Shown: positions 1-9,436, counted from the first letter of the stretch. The stretch is 15,770 nucleotides of DNA from Octopus sinensis (GCF_006345805.1 NW_021825412.1:1-15770), one strand, 5' to 3'. The notes: generated from the letters alone by a model not told the origin. Numbers and translations: made by a program.

Positions 1-7
1 TGTATAT

Positions 8-42
<35 letters not shown>

Positions 43-256
43 TATATAGATATATATACACCCATACATATATATATATAATATAATCACACACACACTA
101 CATATATATATATATAATATAATCACACACACACATATATATATAGTAATCAATATTATTATCATTTTAACATCTATTTTTTATGCATACATATGTATGT
201 GTATAGTTTTGCGCAGGTCTTACTGTTTAAGTATTTCCGTTGATACACACACATAC

Positions 257-288
<32 letters not shown>

Positions 289-306
289 TACATTGTGTGC
301 GTGTGT
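1..306. repeat. Compound (TA)n/(CA)n microsatellite region
   Basis: Interleaved TA and CA runs are directly visible. Confidence 0.9.
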
Positions 307-696
307 ACTTGCATACCCAACTGTTTCTTTCTTTTATTGACTTATAAGTGGCAATCGTTGAGTTGTAGCAAAGTAGAAGCAACGCCATATATTATACAGT
401 TTTTGACATTGAATCTCCCTACATTTAAAATACTACATATTTTTTGTGACCTTGAAGAGTATGCATAGGCTAAAATTTGAACTGAGGACTTCAATATTAA
501 GCAAATTTTTCATGGTCTAACAAAACCCCCTTATTATTTACTCAGTCCCAAGAACAATGCTGCCAATCAAAACCACTCAAACTGCATCCACCCACCCACA
601 TACAACCTCTTATATAAATATATATATTTATTTAAATACACACATTCAAATATATGTGTATTTATGTATAATATATATATGCTTGTATAGATATAT

Positions 697-944
697 TGTA
701 AAGTATATTTGCCACCTAAATGTGGCTGACCCATAAGGGACGATGCTACTGTAGTTTGTAGCCCCAGGAAGACATCTCCTACAGCTGGCTAACGACACAC
801 TCTTTGTTGCCCGATCAGTATTTGCGAAGGGAAATCATCGTTGCCATCTCTAGCCTTACCTGATACACACGAACCCGGGTTATAAACTAAAGAAGCATCG
901 TCCCTTAAGGGTCAGCCACATTTAGGTGGCAAATATACTTCACA
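697..944. mobile_element. MITE (248 bp) with ~51-bp terminal inverted repeats and TGT...ACA termini
   Basis: 697-747 (tgtaaagtatatttgccacctaaatgtggctgacccataagggacgatgct) is the reverse complement of 894-944 with 2 mismatches. Flanks are ATAT (693-696) and ATGT (945-948), a possible 4-bp TSD with 1 mismatch. No coding capacity. Confidence 0.85.
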
Positions 945-1147
945 ATGTCGTGCTGCTGCTGTTTACATCTCGCTCAGCAATTTATTATTGCTCGTGTGTG
1001 TGTGTGTGTGAATTTGCAATATATATTTATATACGTATACTTCTTCTTTCTGGCGAAGAGCCATGCTCGAAAAGTTTTTAAATGTCTCCTCTTTTCCTCC
1101 TTTACTGGACGTCAAACTAACACATTTCAAGTGTACGTCGTTTTGAC

Positions 1148-1149
<2 letters not shown>

Positions 1150-1185
<36 letters not shown>

Positions 1186-1223
1186 ATGTGTTGTGTGTGT
1201 GTGTGTGTGTGTGTGCGTGCGTG

Positions 1224-1256
<33 letters not shown>

Positions 1257-1258
1257 GG

Positions 1259-1293
<35 letters not shown>
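1150..1293. repeat. (TA)n/(TG)n compound microsatellite
   Basis: Directly visible. Confidence 0.95.
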
Positions 1294-1295
<2 letters not shown>

Positions 1296-1740
1296 CTCTC
1301 TGGGCCGCTCGATTCACCTTTTGTTAAATGCATCAGGATTTCTCCTACGTTGACTATTTCTGTCTCCAATGTGGTCCTAAGGCCTTATTGTGTTCCTCTA
1401 TGTATATCAGTTCGTTTCTACGCTCACAGTCCCGTTTCTTTCCTTTGCCATCCTTCACACATCCACTACTTGTCTCGTTTTCGATTACATTTATTCCACG
1501 TTTGTATGTTAACTGTCTCTATCGCATTCTTGTCTGTTTGTACATGTCTTGTCTTATTTCTTGCTTTTTGGCTCTCTAATTCCTAGCGGCATTTGCCGCC
1601 GGCGGCGCCACCAGTAGAGTATTATCGGTTAGGCACGAAATACGGTTGACCCACTAGACGATAACTGATGAGAATTTGGTAACCCTCTCTGTCTGTTTTC
1701 CGTTTGTTTGTGCATTTATTATATATTTTGAACTCATTAC
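1294..1740 (+). mobile_element. Probable solo Penelope-like pseudo-LTR fragment inserted in (TA)n
   Basis: Pyrimidine-rich 450-bp block flanked on both sides by TA runs. Its T/G-rich 3' tail resembles the tail of the PLE at 8130-8220. It contains CTGATGA (1665-1671) and CGAAA (1636-1640). Family assignment is inference. Confidence 0.4.
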
Positions 1741-1747
1741 ATATATG

Positions 1748-1782
<35 letters not shown>
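1741..1782. repeat. (TA)n microsatellite
   Basis: Directly visible. Confidence 0.95.
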
Positions 1783-1783
<1 letters not shown>

Positions 1784-1880
1784 CAATAAGAAAATAGAGA
1801 GGATCAATAGGTTCATCAACTTTCAGACATTATATTACGTTAACTTATTTATTTATTTACTAACTGATAATTACAAAAAT

Positions 1881-1956
1881 ATACATACATACATACATAC
1901 ATACATACATACATACATACATACATACATACATACATACATACATACATACATAC
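1881..1956. repeat. (ATAC)n microsatellite
   Basis: Directly visible. Confidence 0.97.
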
Positions 1957-2074
1957 GTACATATAACATATTATGCTTTACATATAAGATATAAAATATA
2001 GTAATATATTAGGATACCTGTAATTATTATAAAATAACAAACATGAATATAAATTGGGAAAAAATATATATATG

Positions 2075-2079
<5 letters not shown>

Positions 2080-2108
<29 letters not shown>

Positions 2109-2186
2109 TGTATGTATGTATGTATGTATGTATGTATGCATGTATGTATGTATGTATGTATGTATTTATGTATGTATGTATGTATG

Positions 2187-2214
<28 letters not shown>
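2080..2214. repeat. (TATG)n microsatellite
   Basis: Directly visible. It is the reverse complement of the 1881-1956 motif. Confidence 0.97.
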
Positions 2215-2217
<3 letters not shown>

Positions 2218-2270
2218 GTATAATATTACAATGTTGTAAAATAAACTACGAATCTTCTTAGATACAGCTA

Positions 2271-2460
2271 TACAGGGTTTCCTGAAATTTATTTCGCCAT
2301 TTTTCAAGCTGAGAAGACCGTTTGTGTATACGTTCTTTTTCTTGGCTTGTTTTCGTGAGCGAATTTTATTCAGAGTAAAGTCCTTGTCAGCTGCAGGCTT
2401 GTTCATATTGAATACGTTTCTTTTCCTGATATATATTTTGCAGTCATATTTAACCCTCAA
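2271..2460. mobile_element. Possible single end of a Tc1/mariner-like DNA transposon
   Basis: TA|CAGGGTTTCCTGAAA at 2271 resembles the TA+CAGGGT start of many Tc1/mariner TIRs. I found no partner TIR, and the right boundary is approximate. Confidence 0.25.
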
Positions 2461-3049
2461 TAAACGAAAACTACAACATTAACATATAAAAGTTTGATGG
2501 ATCTAAACGTTAGCGTTGGACGTTAACAGCCAGGTGTGTAATCGACATGTTGGACGTTACTCACCCATGTCCTCAGATATAATCTCAAGGGACTTGTGTA
2601 TGGCATCCTACAACCGTGTGATATCCAGCAGCTATGGCCATCCCATCTTAAATATTTGACCACGTACGTTTTTTTTAGAATATCTAGTTGGAAGATACTT
2701 GTTTTGATCGAAGATTAAAAATTATTTTATTTGGATACATTTTAATCGAATCCATCACACCAAATTACCCAAAAGCAAAATGAGAAAACCTGGAAAATGA
2801 TAATGCAACCAAATCAGAAGCAGAAGTGACAAGCATAAATCAAACAAGAAAAATATAATAACTGTAGAAACATATGAATATGGAACTGACACATTCAAAA
2901 TGAACAGAAAACTCAACACCGCTAAACATTTGAATGACTATAGACTAATGACCGAAAAACAAATGGACGGGAATAACAGGACGGTAAAGACTGAAAGAAC
3001 GCCTAAGACAAGTGACATTCGCTAATTCCCATATAATCTGTTGGTTTGA

Positions 3050-3660
3050 GAAGCAACAATGATTCCACGAACAAACGCTTCAAACGATTTTCTCAAGAAC
3101 CATGAAAAATAACATAGAAATTAATGCAATACCAACTGCACGAGAAATGGAAGAATTTGGAGAAAGGTTTGTGCAGCAAAGGAATCTCCACGGACGCAAA
3201 AGTTCAAAACAGCAGAGATGGCCTTTCCATTGTGGAGATGTTACAAACAATAAACAACTAGAAGGTATCAAGGCGTGATAAGATTCTACACAATTTAATA
3301 AAATGCTGAAAGAGCGGTAGAAAAAAAAAACCCATCTAATTGGTTCACTGAGGTGAAGAGACCCTTCGAAATCAATCAGACAAAATAAAGTGAACCTTTA
3401 AAACCTCGAGTGCCTTAGAAAGCCTTATCAGTGCAATATTACTGATATTAAAATACAACAGAAGGGGGAAGGGATTAGTTTTCCATTAAATGTTGATTCT
3501 AGAAACATTAGCGGCATCTTTAGGATAGAACCACAAGCAAGCAGATACATTTAACTTGTCATGAAGAGATAGCGAAAAAGTCCGTAGACAGAAAAAAAGT
3601 GGGGAATTATAAACTAATTCAAACTCTATTAGAACTGAAATGTGTCAAGAGGAGTATTTC
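3050..3660 (+). mobile_element. Highly decayed non-LTR retrotransposon ORF remnant (R4/Dong-like)
   Basis: Purine-rich sense strand. Fragments translate as NAIPTAREMEEF-(frameshift)-WRKV (~3123-3172; cf. P..EE.EEFW..IW) and SRNISGIFRIE (3498-3530; cf. S.DI.M.FG.EKC of the RT domain). Many stops and frameshifts. Confidence 0.35.
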
Positions 3661-3667
3661 TCTTCCT

Positions 3668-3703
3668 ATATCTATCTATCTATCTTCTATCTATCTATCT
3701 ATA

Positions 3704-3772
<69 letters not shown>

Positions 3773-3890
3773 CTATCTATCTATATCTACCTATCTCTAT
3801 CTATCTATCTATCTATCAATCTATCTATCTATCTATCTATCTATCTACTATATAGATATATATATATATATAATATATATATATATATAA
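3668..3890. repeat. (TATC)n followed by (TA)n microsatellite
   Basis: Directly visible. Confidence 0.97.
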
Positions 3891-4289
3891 TTATATTTGT
3901 TTCCTTTCGTTTTCTGTTTGGAGTCAACACCTTTAACCATCATGTTAACTAGACTGGTATTTGGTATAAATATTTTGGGAGGACAATGCACCATATTTTG
4001 GAAATCCAGAGTACGTCTATGAAGATGTAGTCATCTTCTCATAGAATCGTGTCCTTGGGCGTACTGATGTATGTTCAACACAGTATTAACATCGGATGCC
4101 ATATTTCCCGCTAACATTCAATATTCTCAAAATATACAATGACGTAATTTCCCTCTTACCACATAATTGATAACTTGATCCAGATGACACATGATAATTC
4201 CGTAAATAACTCCACGAATAACTTCACAAATTAGATGTATTCGGACACTGAACGAGTGCTTTGAGAAACGTTTCTCGATTTACAGTTCC

Positions 4290-4760
4290 ATAATCCATGA
4301 ATGCAAAGTCCTCCTAAAAGACACTTTATCTCGTTTTTATGATACTCTATGTTAATAATTTAATAATATTCTAGATCAGAATAATATTTTAGATGATGAA
4401 AACAAAGTGAGCTCAAAGAAAGAACACAATATTTTCAGCACCATAATAAAACTAAAGAAAACAAAAATAAAATTTCTTGATTCAAAACATGTAGGGTACC
4501 TTCATTTTAAATGTGGCATCCAACAACGTAGCAAGCTAAAAATTCAGAAACATTTCCCACACAAGCATTCTTACCACAAAACTTTCTTTATAGCATAATC
4601 AGAGTTTCCAATTTGGACAATGAAATAGATGCCAACAACTTACTCGTTATCCCACTCATCGGAATATTGCAATACTCATTAAAGTAACCTTATTCTGCAA
4701 CATAAAAAAGTAATTCATTGGACTAGAAAGACATCACCCACCAAACACATTTTTACAAGT
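4290..4760 (+). mobile_element. Penelope-like element remnant, RT-to-endonuclease linker (copy 1)
   Basis: ORF 4407-4598 ends KHFPHKHSYHKTF, matching the KHFP..H.YHKIF linker motif of PLEs. It shares 4411-4470 and an identical 33-mer (4554-4586) with copy 2. Boundaries approximate. Confidence 0.6.
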
Positions 4761-4844
4761 AGCTATATCACAAACAACAAATATGTTTGTTTTTAGCCAC
4801 TGCTTTTCATATGCTGTCACTATTTCAATATATGAAGTAACTAA

Positions 4845-5650
4845 ATGGATATTGTTTACGTCCATGTAAATCCGAGACACTTGTGTCTCTTCTCCGTGCT
4901 GATCATACTCCTAATTCCCCTCCAGGAATATAATCTCCTGGAAGTCGCTCAACACTCACCTTTTCTAATAAAGGGAATTACTGTGTCTCTATTAAAAAAA
5001 TTCAGTAAACTTTCTAGACATAAGTTTAGACTTAAAGATTGGTAAATATCATCCTTACAGGAAATTTTTAAAACAATTACATTTAACATATATATTCTAT
5101 ACACACTAATGATAAAGAATGTTAAAGATTAATAACCTTTTGATAAAGTTCTAGAATATTACAATGATGATTAAAGCAAAGCGGGCTCAAAGAAAGAACA
5201 CAATATTTCCAGTATCATAATAATATGAAAGAAAACAAAAATATAACAGGACATCACAGAAACTCAAAGCACTTCCCACACAAGCATTCTTACCACAAAA
5301 CTTTCAGTTACAGTTATACCAGAGATGTGGCTATTACAACAGCTAGGAAAAATAAATAAATGAAATATTCCACACTGACGAAATGTAACCTATATTGGAT
5401 TATGTGAAGGAGAATTTAAAAATCGCTATGCCAATCACATAGCCTCCTTCTGACGTAAAGATAAGTTTGGCTAGATACGTATGGAATTTGAAAGATAACG
5501 AAGCACCACATGTGATTAAGTGGATAATAATTGAGAAATACATACGTAATAATCTGGTGTAGGACTCAATACACGTATGCTTCAGAACGAAGTTGTTAGA
5601 GGAGTATAGAACGGAAATAAGAGAAGAAATAAGAAAATGAGATGACAAAA
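4845..5650 (+). mobile_element. Penelope-like element remnant (Naiad-like), RT thumb + linker + GIY-YIG endonuclease pseudogene (copy 2)
   Basis: IVYVHVN...HSPFLIKGITVSLLKKFSKLS (ORF 4845-5045; cf. Y+H..SNHPP.IIK.I...I..R.S.LS). KHFPHKHSYHKTF at ~5268-5305. From 5391: YIGLCEGEFKNRYANHIASF*RKDK, then after a frameshift LARYVWNLKDNEAPHVIKWIIIEK, a typical PLE GIY-YIG C-terminal half. Confidence 0.8.
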
Positions 5651-5681
5651 AGAATAAATGATTATACTATGTACTTTATTA

Positions 5682-5760
5682 GCTCACAGCTGTGTCTGCT
5701 ACAAGATGCAGTGCACTCATGGTCGAGGACCTGAGTAACACCTTGTAGCTTCATCAGAGC
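5682..5760 (-). ncRNA. Type I hammerhead ribozyme-like motif (mutated core), PLE-associated
   Basis: Minus strand: gct-CTGATGA-a-[gctacaaggtg...catcttgtagc, 11-bp stem II]-a-GAC-[acagctgt, palindromic stem III]-g-agc, followed immediately by AATAAA (5680-5675). The GAAA core reads GACA and the cleavage triplet reads GUG. Confidence 0.75.
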
Positions 5761-5822
5761 CTGGCGTCAAATTTCAGTATTTTTCTCTTTATTTTTATCT
5801 TAACGCAATATTCTTTTGGCTA

Positions 5823-5975
5823 TGCGTTCTGAGTCCAAGTTCTGCCGAGGTTGACCATGTCATTCATCCCTTCAGGATCAAAGTATTAGTAGTTGAGCAG
5901 TGGGGTGGGAGTATCAATGTATCTTGTACCGTCCCCAAATTTCAAGTTTTGCGTCTATTGTCGAATAAATTATTA
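5823..5975 (+). mobile_element. 5'-truncated tRNA-derived SINE (octopus-type)
   Basis: B-box-like gagtccaagttctgccgagg, then ttcatcc...agttgagcagtggggt...ccccaaatt. It aligns by eye with the adjacent copy at 5986-6200. Confidence 0.7.
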
Positions 5976-5985
5976 ACTCACTACA

Positions 5986-6200
5986 AGGCAGATAGCTGGC
6001 CGAATCGTTAGCACTCCTGACAAAAGTCTTAGTTTTATAATCTGAGTTAATATTACACGGGGGTCGACTTTCCTTTTCATTATTTCAGGAGAAAAAATAA
6101 GTACCAGTTGATCACTGGGGTCGATATAATCAACTAGTCTCGTCCCCCCCCCACACACACACAAGTCCAAGACCTTGTCCCAGTAGTAGTTAGAATTAAT
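5986..6200 (+). mobile_element. tRNA-derived SINE (octopus-type), near full length
   Basis: A-box-like tagctggccgaatcgttag, degenerate B-box ctgagttaatatt, body gtcgactttccttttcat...ataagtaccagttgatcactggggtcgatataatcaact, and a short-repeat tail. It matches an abundant Octopus SINE as I recall it. Confidence 0.78.
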
Positions 6201-6304
6201 GTAATGTCATGCACTGTAAATTCTTTCGTCGCAAACTCTTAGACACACAGACGCATTCCAAACACGGATGCATTTCACAGACACGCATATATACTCATAT
6301 AATG

Positions 6305-6380
6305 ACATGGCTCGCACAGTTCATGATATTGTGTGTCTACGATTATTGAGGATATTCCACTGATATTATCGTCAGGACAT
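6305..6380 (-). ncRNA. Degenerate hammerhead-like motif
   Basis: CTGACGA at 6375-6369, an imperfect stem (plus-strand atgatattgtg / cactgatattat), then tGAAc. Stems I and III are not well preserved. Confidence 0.3.
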
Positions 6381-6464
6381 CAAATAGATAACAGTGCATT
6401 ATTAGCTTATAAAAGACATTTATTAGCATGTAGCAATAAAAAGAAAACCTGCGAGTAAATAGTC

Positions 6465-6466
<2 letters not shown>

Positions 6467-6551
<85 letters not shown>
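6467..6551. repeat. (TTA)n microsatellite
   Basis: Directly visible. Confidence 0.97.
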
Positions 6552-7069
6552 TGTTTATTCATTTATTTTATTCCTTTTGTAATTATAGAATCAGTCTGGA
6601 AATTTCGCAGTTTTAGTATTGGTTCGGGAGTGTGAATAAAAGAGTGAAAATTTCGTAAGCGTGAAAAAAAAAAAAGAAAAAGAAAGGGAAATAAATGAAT
6701 AAAAAAAATTCAAAGAAAAGATTTAATCGTTTACGAATTATAGAAAAATCCATAAATAGATTATAGATATAAAGCAATAACGGAATACATATCAAGTCAA
6801 CCCAACATTATCGCAGAACTATCTATGTCATTGGAGAACACTCAATAATCAGGAAGCATGAAAGGGAGGGAGGTTTCTTCAAAAATTCAAATGACGGGGA
6901 CATAAGGGTGAGGCTGGGTGAGGAGGGATGATGTCTGGCCACCTGACTGAGATATTGGACAAATGTGTTGTAGTCAGACAATTGCAGATTTCTAACAAAG
7001 AGACGGTGAGACGGAATCGTAGGTACCAACGCGCTGACAAAGAGACAATCAGACAAATTCATCCCCGTA

Positions 7070-7111
7070 CAAATGCAAAGGCGAATAGACCAAATGCAAA
7101 GGCGAATAGAC
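7070..7111. repeat. Perfect 21-bp tandem duplication
   Basis: caaatgcaaaggcgaatagac occurs at 7070-7090 and 7091-7111. Confidence 0.95.
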
Positions 7112-7193
7112 AAACAGAGAGGCAGAAAAGCAAGTACATATACACGAAGCATTAATTTCCGATACACTATTGGTCGATTTATATGTATAACTT

Positions 7194-7590
<397 letters not shown>

Positions 7591-8233
7591 AAGGTAGGAT
7601 CCAACGATCAAGGTGTAAGAACTTGGTGAGCTTCAAGCAATCTGTGAAACAGATAAGAAAACATCTTTTAGGAACAGCAGTGGCTCATTGCCGCAGATGG
7701 TTGTAAATGTTACTCTTATCCAAGTAAGCTGGGAAAAGTTAATGCCACAGTTCACGGTTAGCAACAGGGGTTGTTTGATATGCGAATCAACATTAAAAAA
7801 TTGAGGAATGAATTGAAATAAAATCCAGGCTACATATGTTTTATAGCTAGGGAACCTCGGAAGTAGGAAATTATCCAAATGAAGGTTAGACCGGAAGCTA
7901 CTCTTCAAGACAATGATACCTTGTTTATATAAGTTTATATTGTCGTTAAGAGATACCGTGTTAACTCGTTAAGAATTCGATCGAAATGTTAAAATACCCT
8001 TCACCTGAAGTGTAGTTTGCGGTCCACCCCTCGTTTGGATAATTTACTACTTTCGGGGCTCCATTAGGCATGAAACATATGTAGTCTGGATTTTATCAAC
8101 TTCATTCTCTAATTCTATATATATATATAGGATGGGGGGGGGAGAATTCACAAAAAAACAAAACAAAAGACAAAGATAGGTGATGTAAACAACAAACAGA
8201 TGTATTAGTATAACGCTCGGGAAGTGAAAAAGT

Positions 8234-8269
8234 CTTTAATGTTTCGAGCCTACGCTCTTCCACAGAAAG
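8234..8269 (-). ncRNA. Minimal type I hammerhead-like motif in the PLE 3' region
   Basis: Minus strand: cttt-CTGTGGA-a-GAGC-gtag-GCTC-GAAA-cat-t-aaag. It has a 4-bp stem I, a 4-bp stem II with tetraloop, and stem III ACAT (probably ACGT after CpG decay). Core CUGUGGA deviates from CUGANGA. Confidence 0.65.
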
Positions 8270-8351
8270 GAACAGGGAGAGAAAATAAAGAATATGTAGT
8301 CGAGAGGAAGAGGAAGAGAATGTGAGAGGAAGAGAGGAGAAGGGAGGGGAG

Positions 8352-8888
8352 TTAAATGAAGAGGGGAGGAGAGTTGAGCCCATGTGGTGCAAAGGAGCGA
8401 AGAGATAAGATTAATCCCTGTTCACTGCGAAGATGGGAGTCCAGATGGCCCCTGTTCAAGGACAATCCGAACACAGACAGATGTTGCAAAGAGTGACCGG
8501 TAGAGCGGAAATGGTGCGAGACCGAGGTGTTATTGCCGAGTCGGATGTCTCGGAGGTGTTCGGCGAACCGGTCAACCAAGCGGCGTCCCGTTTGCCCGAT
8601 GTATAGAGAAGGGCAGAGAGAGCAGGAGATGCATTAGATGACATTGGTAGAAGTGAAGGTGAAGGAGTCGGTGATATGATAGGGTCGATGATGGGTGCCG
8701 GTGAGGAGGGTGGTGTTGGAGCGGTAATGACAAGTGCGGCACCATGGGTGGGAGCAGAGGAACGAGCCAGGCTGGGAGGTTGTGTTAGGGAAGAAGCTGT
8801 GGACCAAGAGGTCTTGTAGGTTGTGGACCCGTTTGAAGGAGGGTAGGGGTCGGCTAGGGAAGATGTGAGAAGTGGAGGGGTCGGACTG
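8352..8888 (-). pseudogene. PLE GIY-YIG endonuclease domain with Cys-rich linker; one nonsense mutation
   Basis: One frame 8888->8352 reads QSDPSTSHIFPSRPLPSFKRVHNLQDLLVHS...CSHPWCRTC...FTFTSTNVI*CISCSLCPSLYIGQTGRRLVDRFAEHLRDI...VSHHF...EQGLILSL...PHGLN. The stop (8636-8634) replaces the Y of the VIY motif. Confidence 0.93.
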
Positions 8889-8900
8889 AATATATATATA

Positions 8901-9392
8901 TGAGCAAAATTTAGGTTGGTTGAAATATGCTTGTCACATATTTGAACTGCTAAAAGCAAAGTACTGTGGAGAGTATATATAATTTATATCAAAAATCTGT
9001 GAAAACACTCGATTCGTTCAGTGTCGCCATCTGTTAGGAATCCCAGACAACGATGCTTCAAGCTAAACATGTTTAGCACTAGCACTTAGTTATTTTCCTC
9101 GATCAGGCGATTTATTACCGCAAATCAGTCAACGTGTTCACTGAATCATACATAAAGCTTTATAAGTTCTTTCAGAGTTGTCTCTCTTAGCTACATTTCA
9201 TCAAAAAGAGCCAAGAAGCTTGATATATCGATGTCTGAGATTCCTAATAGTAGGCGACACTGAACAAATAGTGTGTTTTCACACCTTTTTACCATAAGAG
9301 AGATTATTCTTCGTGGTAACTGCAGTGTATTTGCCTTTCAGCTGTTGAAATATGTGACAAAAACATATTTCAGCTAGCTTAAATTCTGCCCA
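8901..9392. mobile_element. Foldback/MITE-like element with long diverged inverted arms
   Basis: 8901-9064 aligns to the reverse complement of 9217-9392 (e.g. ttgtcacatattt / aaatatgtgacaa; gttcagtgtcgcc / ggcgacactgaac; ttaggaatc / gattcctaa). TA flanks both sides (8899-8900, 9393-9394). Confidence 0.8.
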
Positions 9393-9435
9393 TACCTAAA
9401 CACTGCTTAGCGCTAACGCCTCATCATATCTATAA

Positions 9436-9436
<1 letters not shown>

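Larger units (their letters stand above)
8130..8890 (-). mobile_element. 5'-truncated Penelope-like retroelement (Neptune-like) inserted in (TA)n
   Basis: GIY-YIG frame, pyrimidine-rich 3' UTR, hammerhead-like motif and T-rich tail. TA runs on both sides (8116-8129 and 8890-8901). Confidence 0.92.

Noticed and set aside
945-2460. ORFs of 61-213 aa rich in YI, CV, HTYI and MYVC
   Set aside because: They are translations of stop-free microsatellites with no domain signal.
2540-2580. Minus-strand CTGAGGA with a gacatg/catgtc stem as a hammerhead
   Set aside because: The stem overlaps the core, GAAA is absent (gatt), and there is no stem I or III.
3599-3952. ORFs with IYLS repeats (also 7073-7611)
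   Set aside because: They are (TATC)n translation artefacts.
5451-5453. In-frame TGA in a Naiad-like endonuclease as possible selenocysteine
   Set aside because: It falls where Arg is expected (SFR), not Cys. The element is frameshifted and I recognised no SECIS.
5986-6070. tRNA gene (also 11440-11510)
   Set aside because: A/B-box remnants run into SINE bodies and no cloverleaf can be formed.
7600-8100. Complex sequence with a 91-aa ORF (similarly 15270-15500)
   Set aside because: I found no recognisable motif, splice pattern or repeat structure, so it is left unassigned.
8102-8392. 96-aa ORF
   Set aside because: It is the pyrimidine-rich PLE 3' UTR, low complexity.
8456-8959. 167-aa Pro/Ser/Thr-rich ORF
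   Set aside because: It is an alternative frame of the GIY-YIG pseudogene and crosses the element boundary.
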